NCBI GenBank assembly: GCA_965248445.1
Contig: CBDFJG010000003.1
Span: 736,001 to 800,000, forward strand
Origin: Planctomycetota bacterium
GTDB lineage: Bacteria; Planctomycetota; JAJSAM01; JAJVHW01
Reading direction: 5' to 3'
Length of the DNA stretch: 64,000 nucleotides
Made by a program: the position numbers and the translations under genes. The notes under the pieces were generated by a model that saw only the letters and a program-made list of their open reading frames with translations, was not told the origin of the DNA and did not search any database. Shown in pieces: positions 1 through 10,867 of the stretch (positions are counted from its first letter, which is position 1; each line of letters begins with the position of its first letter).

Positions 1-747
1 AGCCAACGTGGACGAGACGTCGTGGAAGGAACGGGGCCGGGTGTGCTGGCTGTGGGCGGCGGAGAGCGAGCACGCCACAGCCTTCGGGATCGATCGCCGC
101 CGCAGTGCCAAGGCGAAAGGGCGGCTGATCGGGCGGCGCTTCGGTGGCACGGTGATCAGCGACCGGATGGGTGCCTACGAGTCACACCCACTTGCCCGCC
201 GCCAGCTCTGCTGGGCGCACATCGAGCGCGCCTTCCGTGCGCTGGCCGAAGGCCCGCGAGAACATCGCCGCTTCGGCAACAAGGGCGTCATGATCGCGCA
301 GTCGGTCATGCGCAGCTACCGGCTCTTCGGTGAGCACGGCGACCGTGACCGGCTGCAAGGCGAAGCCGCTGTGCTGCGCGGACGGCTCGAGCGACTGATC
401 GCGAACGACGACTCGGCTCTGGCCAACCATCTGCGCCCCCGCGTGGTCGCCCTCTTCACCTATGCGCGGACCCAGGACGTGAGTCCGACGAACAACGCCG
501 CCGAGCGCGCGGTCCGCAAAGCGGTGCTCTGGCGCAAGGGCTCCTTCGGAAGCCAGTCCGCTCGCGGACTCCGCTTCGCCGAGCGCGTGTTGACCGCCGC
601 GGCCACGCTGCGACGCCGTGGCGACCAAGTCTTCGACTTCCTCGCCGACTCGGTCGCCGCGCACCTCACCGGCGCCGACCCGCCCGTCATGGTCCCGCTG
701 CCCCTCGCACGCTGAGGCTCACACGCTGTCAAGGGGTGAACGGTTAC
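1..747 (+). mobile_element. IS66-family insertion sequence, right part (left end outside window)
   Basis: IS66-type transposase C-terminus followed by GGGGTGAACGGTTAC (733-747), whose reverse complement starts GTAA, the typical IS66 terminus. Confidence 0.85.
8..715 (+). CDS. IS66 family DDE transposase (5'-truncated by window edge)
   Basis: Motifs DETSW, WLW, VISDR, QLCWAH, TNNAAERAVR, RKGSFGSQS. Confidence 0.9.
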   Translation: MDETSWKERGRVCWLWAAESEHATAFGIDRRRSAKAKGRLIGRRFGGTVISDRMGAYESHPLARRQLCWAHIERAFRALAEGPREHRRFGNKGVMIAQSVMRSYRLFGEHGDRDRLQGEAAVLRGRLERLIANDDSALANHLRPRVVALFTYARTQDVSPTNNAAERAVRKAVLWRKGSFGSQSARGLRFAERVLTAAATLRRRGDQVFDFLADSVAAHLTGADPPVMVPLPLAR

Positions 748-830
748 GAATCGCGGAGGGCGCGGCCGTTGCCGAGAAGCCGCCGTGCCCGCAGTTCCTC
801 CGTCGCGGTCGAGTACCGCGACGGAGGAGG
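748..830. repeat. Intergenic structured repeat family A, truncated copy abutting IS66 end
   Basis: GCGGAGGGCG...CGTGCCCGCAG matches 927-1012 and 10727-10822; perfect 13-bp hairpin 797-827. Confidence 0.6.
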
Positions 831-926
831 AGTCCGACCGCGCATGGCAGGAGGGCCCGGCGATCGGAGCGACACACACGCGGGCGGGGCGGCGGGGCAG
901 CGCCCCGCCCCTGCCAGCGGGCCCGC

Positions 927-1012
927 ACTGGTTGCGTGAATGCGGAGGGCGCGGGGGTTGCGCAGCAAGCGCCGTGACCACAGCGTCCGGAGGACGCGTA
1001 GGAGGGAGACAC
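927..1012. repeat. Intergenic structured repeat family A, copy 2
   Basis: ACTGGTTGCGTGA..GCGGAGGGCG...GCAAGCG.CGTGACC.CAGC...GGAGGGA.ACAC shared with 10727-10822. Confidence 0.8.
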
Positions 1013-1020
1013 TGATGTGT

Positions 1021-1061
1021 CGATTGGTCCGTCGATCGCTCCGCGATCGACGGACCAATCG
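1021..1061 (-). terminator. Perfect 19-bp hairpin just after the pilB stop (terminator-like)
   Basis: CGATTGGTCCGTCGATCGC-TCC-GCGATCGACGGACCAATCG; no clear U-tract. Confidence 0.55.
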
Positions 1062-1062
1062 C

Positions 1063-2730
<1,668 letters not shown>

Positions 2731-2732
2731 CG

Positions 2733-3893
2733 CTACCCCTTCTCCTTCTTCCCGAAGAACCCGCTGCTGCCGGGGTCGGCATCACCGCCACCGGACCCGC
2801 CGCCCGATCCGCCGCCCAGTCCACCGAGTTGATCGAAGTCGAGCTTCTGCTGCATCTCCTTCGGCTCCTGTGACTTCTGAACCAGTTCCTCCTTCGAGAT
2901 CGTGCCGGACTTGTAGAGGTCCCAGAGGAAGTCGTCGAGCAGCGTCATTCCGAGGTTCTTCGACGTCTGCAGCGTGCTCTTGATCTTGAACGTCTCGTTC
3001 TTGCGGATGTGGTTCTCGACCGCCGGCGTCATGATCATGACCTCGAAGCCGGCCACGACGCCGTCGTTGCTCGCCTTCGGCATCAGCACCTGTGAGATGA
3101 CGGCGATGAGCGACACGGAGAGCTGAGCGCGGATCTGCTCCTGCTGATCCCCGGGGAACGAGTCGATCACGCGATCGATAGTGCGCGCCGCACCGGTCGT
3201 GTGCAGGGTCCCAAGCACGAGGTGGCCGGTCTCCGCCGCCGTGATGGCCGTCGAGATCGTCTCGAGGTCGCGCATCTCACCCAGCAGGATCACGTCCGGG
3301 TCCATGCGGAGCACGCGGCGCATCGCCTCCTGGAACGTGCCGACGTCGGACCCCAGCTCGCGCTGCGTCAGGATCGACTTCTTGTGCTCATGGTAGTACT
3401 CGATCGGATCCTCGATCGTCACGATGTGGTGATCGAAGTTGTCGTTGAGGTAATTCACCATCGTGGCGAGTGTCGTCGTCTTGCCGCAACCGGTCGGTCC
3501 GGTGACGAGGAGCAGCCCGCGCGGCCGGTGCAGCAGGTCGCGGACCTGCAGCGGCAGCCCGATCTGCTCGAACGTGAGGATCGTTGTCGGCAGCAGGCGC
3601 AGCGCGAGCCCGACACTGTTCTTCTGGCGGTAGATCGAACAGCGGAAACGGCACAGGTCTTTGTGCGCGTAGCCGAAGTCGGCGCCGCCCTTCTCGCGGA
3701 ACTCGAGTTTCATGCGCGACGGCATCAGCTGATTCGCGAGATGCGTCGTGTCGTCACTCGTCAGCACAGCGCTCTGGAGCGAACGCATGCGCCCGTTCAG
3801 GCGGATCGTGGGCGGACGGCCGACGGTCAGGTGCAAGTCCGAACCGTTCTGCTTGTGGACGAAGTCCATCAACTGGAATATGTCGTATGCCAT
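2733..3893 (-). CDS. pilT: Type IV pilus retraction ATPase PilT
   Basis: GSDLHL, GPTGCGKTTT, TIEDPIEY, GEMRDLET, AAETGHLV, AIRNLIRE-like AVENHIRK. Confidence 0.92.
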   Translation of the reverse strand: MAYDIFQLMDFVHKQNGSDLHLTVGRPPTIRLNGRMRSLQSAVLTSDDTTHLANQLMPSRMKLEFREKGGADFGYAHKDLCRFRCSIYRQKNSVGLALRLLPTTILTFEQIGLPLQVRDLLHRPRGLLLVTGPTGCGKTTTLATMVNYLNDNFDHHIVTIEDPIEYYHEHKKSILTQRELGSDVGTFQEAMRRVLRMDPDVILLGEMRDLETISTAITAAETGHLVLGTLHTTGAARTIDRVIDSFPGDQQEQIRAQLSVSLIAVISQVLMPKASNDGVVAGFEVMIMTPAVENHIRKNETFKIKSTLQTSKNLGMTLLDDFLWDLYKSGTISKEELVQKSQEPKEMQQKLDFDQLGGLGGGSGGGSGGGDADPGSSGFFGKKEKG

Positions 3894-3963
3894 CGTGATC
3901 GGTTGTCCGTTCGGGCTCCGCTTGGTCTCGTGTCGTCGTCCTGGCCGGAGGTCTCTGTGACCG

Positions 3964-3996
3964 TCAGGTCGGCACCGTGTCTCAGGTCGGCACCGT
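3964..3996. repeat. 15-bp direct repeat duplicating the pilB stop region
   Basis: TCAGGTCGGCACCGT at 3964-3978 and 3982-3996. Confidence 0.7.
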
Positions 3997-5646
3997 CTCC
4001 CCGGCGACAGCGACGGTCAGGACCTCGTCGATCGTGATGTCGCCGCCGAGGAACTTCTTCACGCCATCTTCCATGAGGGAGACGAGGCCGCCGGAGATCT
4101 TCGCCTGCTCGCGCAGCTTCACCGTGCTGGCTCCGCGGAAGCACATCTCGCGCGTCGTCGAGTCCATCTGGAACAGTTCGAAGACGCCGATGCGGCCGTG
4201 GTACCCGGTCTCCGAGCAGTCGTCGCACCCGACCGGCCGGTAGACCTGGCGTCCCTCCAGCGCGTCCGTCGTGAGGTTGATGCTGCGCAACTCCACGTCG
4301 GTCGGTGTGTAGGGCTCCTTGCACTTCTCGCAGAGCTTGCGCACGAGCCGCTGCGCCATGATCGCCATCACGGCGGTCGATACGAGGAACGGCTTCACGC
4401 CCATGTCGATGAGGCGAGTCAGCGCGGACGGCGCGTCGTTGGTGTGGAGGGTCGAGAAAACGAGGTGTCCCGTGAGCGACGCCTGAATCGCGATCTCGGC
4501 CGTCTCCTTGTCTCGGATTTCGCCGACGAGGATGATGTTCGGCGCCTGGCGCAGCATGGCCCGCAGGATGCGCTGGAAGTCCAGGCCGATGTTGTGCCTC
4601 ACCTGGCACTGGTTGATGCCGGACAGGTTGTATTCGACAGGATCCTCGGCGGTGATGATCTTGACGTCGGGTCGGTTCAACTCGCGTAGCGCCGCGTAGA
4701 GGCTCGTCGTCTTGCCGGACCCCGTCGGGCCGGTGACGAGGAACAGACCGTTCGGCCGCTTGATGATCTTCTGGAAGCGGGCGTAATCCTCGCTGGCGAA
4801 GCCGAGGGCAGGCAGCGAGATGAGGCCGTACTCGCGATCGAGGATGCGGCAGACGACGCTCTCGCCGTGGTACGCGGGCAGCGAGGACACACGCAGGTCG
4901 ATCTCGCGTCCAAGCAGCTTGATGTTGATGCGACCGTCCTGCGCCTTGCGCTTCTCGGAGATGTCCATCCCCGCCATCAGCTTGATGCGGGACAGGATCG
5001 CGGGCGTCAGGTGGAGCGGTGGGCTCTCCTGCAGCCGGCAGCGACCGTCGATGCGGTAACGCACACGCAAGTGCTCCGCGAACGGCTCGATGTGAATGTC
5101 CGACGCGCGGTCGCGCAGCGCGTCCTCGAGGATCTTGTTGACGAGACGGATGATCGGGGCGTCGTCGTCCTCGTCCTCGACGTCTTCCGCGGCGGTGGCC
5201 ACCGTCGCGTCGGAGTCGATGCCGTAGTACTCGCCCATCGCCTCGCGGAACGCCGTGGGCGTCGTCAGTGCGCAGCGAAACTCGTGACCGGTCGAGAACC
5301 GGAGGTCGTCGAGCATCATCACCTGCTCGGGGTCCTCCACCGCGACGATCATGCCGTCGGCCTCCTTCTTCACCGGGATGCAGCGGTACGTCTGCACCTG
5401 ATCGGCCGTGAGGAGCGCCGTGACCTGCGGCGTGAGGCGAGCCTTCGAGAGGTTCACGAACGGCATGCGGAACTGTGTGCAAAGCGCGCGCGCGAGTTGC
5501 TCCTCGTTGACGACACCGGCCACGAGGAGCGCCTGGCCGATCTTGATGCGCTGCTGCTGACAGACCCGGAGGGCGCGCTGGACGTCCTCCTCCGAGATCC
5601 CGGCCTTCTCCTTGAGGATGTCCCCCAGGCGCTTGCGCTCGGCCAT
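3982..5646 (-). CDS. pilB: GspE/PilB family ATPase (second paralogue)
   Basis: Start MAERKRLGDIL after GGAGG; ASDIHIEP, GPTGSGKTTS, EDPVEY, GHLVFSTLH, CxxC motifs. Confidence 0.9.
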   Translation of the reverse strand: MAERKRLGDILKEKAGISEEDVQRALRVCQQQRIKIGQALLVAGVVNEEQLARALCTQFRMPFVNLSKARLTPQVTALLTADQVQTYRCIPVKKEADGMIVAVEDPEQVMMLDDLRFSTGHEFRCALTTPTAFREAMGEYYGIDSDATVATAAEDVEDEDDDAPIIRLVNKILEDALRDRASDIHIEPFAEHLRVRYRIDGRCRLQESPPLHLTPAILSRIKLMAGMDISEKRKAQDGRINIKLLGREIDLRVSSLPAYHGESVVCRILDREYGLISLPALGFASEDYARFQKIIKRPNGLFLVTGPTGSGKTTSLYAALRELNRPDVKIITAEDPVEYNLSGINQCQVRHNIGLDFQRILRAMLRQAPNIILVGEIRDKETAEIAIQASLTGHLVFSTLHTNDAPSALTRLIDMGVKPFLVSTAVMAIMAQRLVRKLCEKCKEPYTPTDVELRSINLTTDALEGRQVYRPVGCDDCSETGYHGRIGVFELFQMDSTTREMCFRGASTVKLREQAKISGGLVSLMEDGVKKFLGGDITIDEVLTVAVAGETVPT

Positions 5647-5910
5647 GCCCGTCTTGCCTCCCTGACCGTCCGCGCGACGGAGAACCCGCCGCCACGCACC
5701 GTCTCGCGTGTCCCCGCTCTCCGGCGGGCCGCCCAACGTAGCCCTCCGGCGTGCCCAAGGCAACAGTGGCGGCGACGCCGGCTGCGACTCAGTACGACGC
5801 CCGAATCCGGCCGGCGGGAAGCGGTCCCGGCCTCGCGGCTAAACACGCCGGGCCCATGGCAGCGACCGCTATCCTCTGCGGCCCGACCGCCAGGAGGTGA
5901 CGCCTTGTCC

Positions 5911-6573
5911 ATGCTCGCGAGAACCCTCTCCGCCCTGCTCCTGGCAGTGCTGGGCGCCGGCCTGAGCGGCTGCTGCACGCTGAGCCGTGGGTTCTGCCCG
6001 TGCCCCAAGTGCCCCCCGGCGGGCCGTGAGATCCGGCGTGGCACGCCGAACACGGCGCTCGACTTCATGACGAACGCGATCCTGACCCGGCGGGTGGCCG
6101 ACGTCTACAACAGCCTCCATCCCGAGTTCCGCGCCCGTTTCGGCGGCTTCTCGCAGTCCGACTTCACCACGGCATTCGAGTACTACGAGGACGACTTCAC
6201 CACGGATGCGCGGCGGTTCGCCCGCGCGCGGCGCGAGGTCCTCGGTATGACGGCGGACGGCTCGACCGTCGGGATACGGATCGAGGACGGCGAGATGTCC
6301 GCGGTGCTCTATTTCAGGAACCAGCCGATGGCTCGCATCCGGCTGGACGACGATTTCGTGCCCGAGAGCAACGCTGTCATTCCGTCCCTCGGGGAGATCA
6401 TCATGATCGACGGCGACAACGTTGCACCGCTTCCGGTGCCCTTCCCGGGCGTCACGGGCGCCGACCCCTGGACGGTCGAGAGCCTGGAGTACCGGAACGA
6501 CTGGCGGCTTTTCGACATGAAGGAAGCGCGCAACATCCGCTTCCTCGACCGCCTCATCGAACAGACGCGGTAG
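5911..6573 (+). CDS. Hypothetical lipoprotein
   Basis: AGGAGG RBS; hydrophobic signal with lipobox LSGC followed by a Cys-rich segment. Confidence 0.7.
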   Translation: MLARTLSALLLAVLGAGLSGCCTLSRGFCPCPKCPPAGREIRRGTPNTALDFMTNAILTRRVADVYNSLHPEFRARFGGFSQSDFTTAFEYYEDDFTTDARRFARARREVLGMTADGSTVGIRIEDGEMSAVLYFRNQPMARIRLDDDFVPESNAVIPSLGEIIMIDGDNVAPLPVPFPGVTGADPWTVESLEYRNDWRLFDMKEARNIRFLDRLIEQTR

Positions 6574-6612
6574 CGACATGCGGCGTACACGATTCGATCG
6601 GGCCAGTTCACG

Positions 6613-9399
6613 ATGACTGCGAAGCGGAAGCGCAGAAAGCGGCGCATCTGGTCGTTCGGCGGTGGCAAGGCCGAAGGCAACGCCCGGATGAACGACGAAC
6701 TCGGCGGCAAGGGCGCCAACCTCTGCGAGATGGCGCGGCTCGGCCTGCCGGTGCCGCCGGGCTTCACGATCGGCACCGGCGTCTGCCGCGCGTACTGGGA
6801 GGGCAACGAGACCCTGCCGAGCGACCTCTGGCCCGAGGTGCGCCGGGCGATGCGGCGCGTCGAACGGAGTCTCGGCCGGTCATTCGGCGCCGGCCCGAAG
6901 CCGCTCCTGGTTTCGATCCGCTCCGGCGCCGCGGTCTCGATGCCCGGGATGATGGAGACGGTCCTGAACGTCGGCCTGAACGACGCGACCCGCGAGGCGC
7001 TGGCCGCCGAGACGGGTCACCCGCGCATGGCGCTCGACAGCCACCGGCGCCTGATCCAGATGTTCGCGCGCGTGGTGCTCGGACTCGAGATCCGCGAGTA
7101 CGAGAACGCGCTGGACTCGCTGAAGCGGCGGCGCGGCGTCGACGACGACACCGAGCTGTCCGCCCTCGACCTGGCCGAGCTGCTCGAGACCTATCGCGAG
7201 ATCTTCGAGGACGGAGCCGGCCGCCCGTTCCCCGAGGACCCGTGGGAGCAACTGCAGCTCACAGTGGAGGCCGTGTTCCGCTCGTGGAACACGGCGCGCG
7301 CGATCCGCTATCGCGAGATCAACGCAATCCGCGGCCTCGTCGGCACGGCGGTGAACGTGCAGGCGATGGTGTTCGGGAACATGGGCAACGACTCCGCGAC
7401 GGGCGTGTGCTTCACGCGGGATCCGTCCACCGGACGGAACGTGTTCTACGGCGAGTTCCTCCGCAACGCGCAAGGCGAGGACGTCGTGGCGGGGATCCGG
7501 ACGCCGCTGCCGATCGCCCGCATGAAGCGCATGCTGCCGGAACCGTACGAAGAGCTCGTGCGCGCCAAGGACCTGCTGGAGCGCCACTACGGCGACGTGC
7601 AGGACATTGAATTCACCGTCCAGCAGGGCGAGCTCTTCATGTTGCAGACGCGCACCGGGAAGCGGACGGCACGGGCCGCGGTGCGAATCGCGGTGGAGAT
7701 GGTCGGAGAAGGCGGCCTCGACGAAGACGAAGCCGTCCTGCGCGTGGACCCCTCGTCGCTCGACCAGTTGCTCCATCCCACCTTCGACTCCAAGGCGGCG
7801 CGTCGCGTCCTGGCACGCGGGCTGCCCGCGTCACCCGGCGCAGCGACCGGTCGGGCGGTGTTCAACGCCGACGACGCGGAGGAATGGACGGCCCGCGGGG
7901 AGACCGTGATCCTGTGCCGTGACGAGACGAGCCCTGAGGACATCCACGGCATGCACGCCGCCGTCGGCATCCTGACCTCGCGCGGTGGGATGACCTCGCA
8001 CGCCGCGGTCGTGGCGCGGGGAATGGGGACGTGCTGCGTCGCGGGTTGCGGCTCCGCCGAGATCGACGTCCACGCCCAAGTGATGCACGTGGGCGGCGAG
8101 ACAATCGCTGCCGGTGACTGGCTCTCGCTCGACGGCTCGACGGGCGAGGTGATGCTCGGACGCGTCGCGACGAAGAGTCCACAGCTCTCGAAACACTTCC
8201 GGATTCTGATGAGCTGGGCGGACGAGAGACGACGCCTGGGCGTGCGCGCGAACGCGGAGACGCCCCACGACGCGAAGGTGGCCCGCGGCTTCGGCGCTGA
8301 GGGCATCGGGCTCTGCCGCACCGAGCACATGTTCTTCGACGACGAACGCATCGCCACGGTGCGCGAGATGATCCTGGCCGAGGACGCGGACGGCAGGGCT
8401 GCCGCGCTGGCCAAGCTCCTGCCCGTGCAGCGGCAGGACTTCACCGAGATCTTCCAGGCCATGAAGGGCCTACCTGTGACGGTGCGCCTGCTGGACCCTC
8501 CGCTCCACGAGTTCGTGCCGCTGAGCGAGGAAGCGCAGCGCGTGACCGCCAAGGCGCTCGGCCTGCCGGTCGCCGCAGTGCGCCGGCGCGTCGAGGCGCT
8601 CCGCGAAGTGAACCCGATGATGGGCCACCGTGGCTGCCGCCTCGGCATCAGTTATCCCGAGATCTACGACATGCAGGTGCGCGCGATCGCGCAGGCCGCC
8701 GTGCGGTGCCGGAAGCGTCGGATCAAGGTGCACCCCGAGGTGATGATCCCGCTGGTGGGCCACGTGAACGAACTGCGCGTCTTGGCCGGCCGCGCCCGCC
8801 GGATCATGGAACAGGAATTCGCCGCCGAGGGCGTCGACGTGCCGTTCCTCGTCGGGACCATGATCGAGATTCCACGCGCGGCGCTCACGGCGGACGAGAT
8901 CGCGCCTCACGCGGAGTTCTTCTCGTTCGGCACGAACGACCTGACGCAGATGACGTTCGGGTTCAGCCGCGACGACGTGAACGCGTTCCTGCCCGACTAC
9001 CTGCGTCAACAGGTGCTGCCGGTCGATCCGTTCCAGTCGCTCGATCAGCGCGGCGTCGGCCAGCTCGTTTCACTCGCGATCGAGCGCGGCCGCGGCGCGA
9101 GCCCGAAGCTCAAGATCGGCCTCTGCGGCGAGCACGGCGGCGACCCGGACTCGATCGCGTTCTGTCACGCGGCGGACATGGACTACGTGAGTTGCTCGCC
9201 CTTCCGCGTCCCGATCGCGCGGCTCGCCGCCGCTCAGGCCGCGATCCGCGACGACGGTGGAGGGAAGGCGAAGAAGCGCGCGAAGAAGTCCGCTCCGAGA
9301 CGTAAGAGGCGCACGAAGCGTCGTGCGCGCACGGTCGCCGGGACGAAGCGAAAGACTGCCCCTCGGCCAGCGCCGCGCCGACGGCGCCGAACGACCTGA
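6613..9399 (+). CDS. ppdK: Pyruvate, phosphate dikinase
   Basis: LGGKGANL, RSGAAVSMPGMM, GGMTSHAAVVARG, GLCRTEHMFF, SFGTNDLTQ, CGEHGG. Confidence 0.97.
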   Translation: MTAKRKRRKRRIWSFGGGKAEGNARMNDELGGKGANLCEMARLGLPVPPGFTIGTGVCRAYWEGNETLPSDLWPEVRRAMRRVERSLGRSFGAGPKPLLVSIRSGAAVSMPGMMETVLNVGLNDATREALAAETGHPRMALDSHRRLIQMFARVVLGLEIREYENALDSLKRRRGVDDDTELSALDLAELLETYREIFEDGAGRPFPEDPWEQLQLTVEAVFRSWNTARAIRYREINAIRGLVGTAVNVQAMVFGNMGNDSATGVCFTRDPSTGRNVFYGEFLRNAQGEDVVAGIRTPLPIARMKRMLPEPYEELVRAKDLLERHYGDVQDIEFTVQQGELFMLQTRTGKRTARAAVRIAVEMVGEGGLDEDEAVLRVDPSSLDQLLHPTFDSKAARRVLARGLPASPGAATGRAVFNADDAEEWTARGETVILCRDETSPEDIHGMHAAVGILTSRGGMTSHAAVVARGMGTCCVAGCGSAEIDVHAQVMHVGGETIAAGDWLSLDGSTGEVMLGRVATKSPQLSKHFRILMSWADERRRLGVRANAETPHDAKVARGFGAEGIGLCRTEHMFFDDERIATVREMILAEDADGRAAALAKLLPVQRQDFTEIFQAMKGLPVTVRLLDPPLHEFVPLSEEAQRVTAKALGLPVAAVRRRVEALREVNPMMGHRGCRLGISYPEIYDMQVRAIAQAAVRCRKRRIKVHPEVMIPLVGHVNELRVLAGRARRIMEQEFAAEGVDVPFLVGTMIEIPRAALTADEIAPHAEFFSFGTNDLTQMTFGFSRDDVNAFLPDYLRQQVLPVDPFQSLDQRGVGQLVSLAIERGRGASPKLKIGLCGEHGGDPDSIAFCHAADMDYVSCSPFRVPIARLAAAQAAIRDDGGGKAKKRAKKSAPRRKRRTKRRARTVAGTKRKTAPRPAPRRRRRTT

Positions 9400-9415
9400 C
9401 GACCGAGGTAGTCGG

Positions 9416-9811
9416 CTACTCGTCGTCGTCCTCGTCCCGGCTAGCGTTGCTGCCGCCGTTCCCTTCACGGGCCAGGTTCTCGAGCGAATCCATGGCGCGC
9501 CGCAGGTGCATGTCGAGCACGGAGAGGTTCTCCCACAGCCCCATCGCGAAGCGTCGCGGGTGGCGATCCCCGGCTCCGGGGAAGCGGGCCAGTCGGATGG
9601 CCTTCTTCGTCATGGGCTGCTTCGCTTCGAGCGAGGCGAGGTGGTAGACGAGCGTCTCGACATCCCGCGCGCGCTCGGGGAAGTGCTTCCCGAAGACCCT
9701 GCGGAGGCCCTTCGAGCTGATCTTGAAGCGCTCGACCATCCGCTCGTCCCGCTCTTCGCGGCGCCGGCGCCGGTGTTCCTCGTTTCCGTTCCCGTTGTTG
9801 CCGTCTGCCAT
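9416..9811 (-). CDS. Hypothetical protein downstream of yebC
   Basis: ATG after GGAG, 8 nt after the yebC stop; GC3-rich codons. Confidence 0.7.
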   Translation of the reverse strand: MADGNNGNGNEEHRRRRREERDERMVERFKISSKGLRRVFGKHFPERARDVETLVYHLASLEAKQPMTKKAIRLARFPGAGDRHPRRFAMGLWENLSVLDMHLRRAMDSLENLAREGNGGSNASRDEDDDE

Positions 9812-9819
9812 GGGATCTC

Positions 9820-10560
9820 CTAGCCGTCGAAGCCTTCGGGGAACTCTGCGTTGCAATAGACGTTCTCGACGTCGTCGTGCTCCTCGATCGCCTCGAGGAG
9901 GCCGGCCACCGACCGCGCGCCGTCCGCGTCGAGCGGGACGAGGTCCTTCGGGATGTACAAGGTCTCGGCCGAGCTGTACGTGAGATCGGCGGCCTCGACA
10001 GCGGCCTGCAAGGCCTCGAGCGTGTCGGGCGCGCCGCGCACCTCGACGTGGTCGCCGACGCTCTCGACGTCCTCCGCACCCGCGTCCAGCACCGCCTCCA
10101 TGACGGTGTCCTCATCCGTTCCCGCCGCCACGACGCGAACCACCGCCATGCGCTGGAACTGCCAGGCGACCGACCCGGACGATCCGAGATTTCCGCCGCG
10201 CTTGGTCAGGATCGAGCGGATGTCGCCACCGGTCCGGTTGCGGTTGTCGGTGAGCGCCTCGATCAGGACGGCGGCGCCGCCGGGCGCGTACGCCTCATAG
10301 ACGAGTTCCTCGAGCGAGTCAGCGCCCTCGCCCCCGCCGACCGCTCGCTTGATCGCGCGGGCGATCTGGTCATTCGACATGTTCGCCGCGCGCGCGGCCT
10401 TGACGGCGTACTTGAGCTTGAGGTTGGTGTCGGGGTCACCGCCACCGGACTTCGCGGCCGCGATGATCTTGCGCGAGATCTGGCTGAAGATCTTGCCGCG
10501 CTTCTTGTCGATCGCGGCCTTCTTGTGGGCGATGTTCGCCCAGTGGGAGTGTCCTGCCAT
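9820..10560 (-). CDS. yebC: YebC/PmpR family protein
   Basis: MAGHSHWANIAHKK, YEAYAPGG, LTDNRNRT, DDVENVY. Confidence 0.96.
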   Translation of the reverse strand: MAGHSHWANIAHKKAAIDKKRGKIFSQISRKIIAAAKSGGGDPDTNLKLKYAVKAARAANMSNDQIARAIKRAVGGGEGADSLEELVYEAYAPGGAAVLIEALTDNRNRTGGDIRSILTKRGGNLGSSGSVAWQFQRMAVVRVVAAGTDEDTVMEAVLDAGAEDVESVGDHVEVRGAPDTLEALQAAVEAADLTYSSAETLYIPKDLVPLDADGARSVAGLLEAIEEHDDVENVYCNAEFPEGFDG

Positions 10561-10726
10561 GACCGGAAAGCTCTACCCTCGAAGCCTGTTCGCGAAACCC
10601 GCGTAAGTCGCGTGCTCATCGTCGGATGAGTCTCGCGGAGCATAGGACCGCCCACTCGCCCCCGTGAGGAAACCACGAGCAGCGAGGCACACGGGCGGGC
10701 GCAGCCCGGCCCTAAAGCGCGCACGA

Positions 10727-10822
10727 ACTGGTTGCGTGAGAGCGGAGGGCGGGACGCTTGCAGCGCAAGCGTCGTGACCGCAGCCCTCCGTAGCGGTCGG
10801 AGACCGCGTGGGAGGGAAACAC
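10727..10822. repeat. Intergenic structured repeat family A, copy 3
   Basis: Similar to 927-1012; hairpins GACGCTTGC-AGC-GCAAGCGTC and GCGGT-CGGAG-ACCGC. Confidence 0.8.
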
Positions 10823-10835
10823 CAGCAAGGCTGAT

Positions 10836-10866
10836 TTCACGCGGATCGTTACGCGATCCGCGTGAA
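10836..10866 (-). terminator. Perfect 13-bp hairpin just after the rpsI stop
   Basis: TTCACGCGGATCG-TTACG-CGATCCGCGTGAA. Confidence 0.6.
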
Positions 10867-10867
10867 G

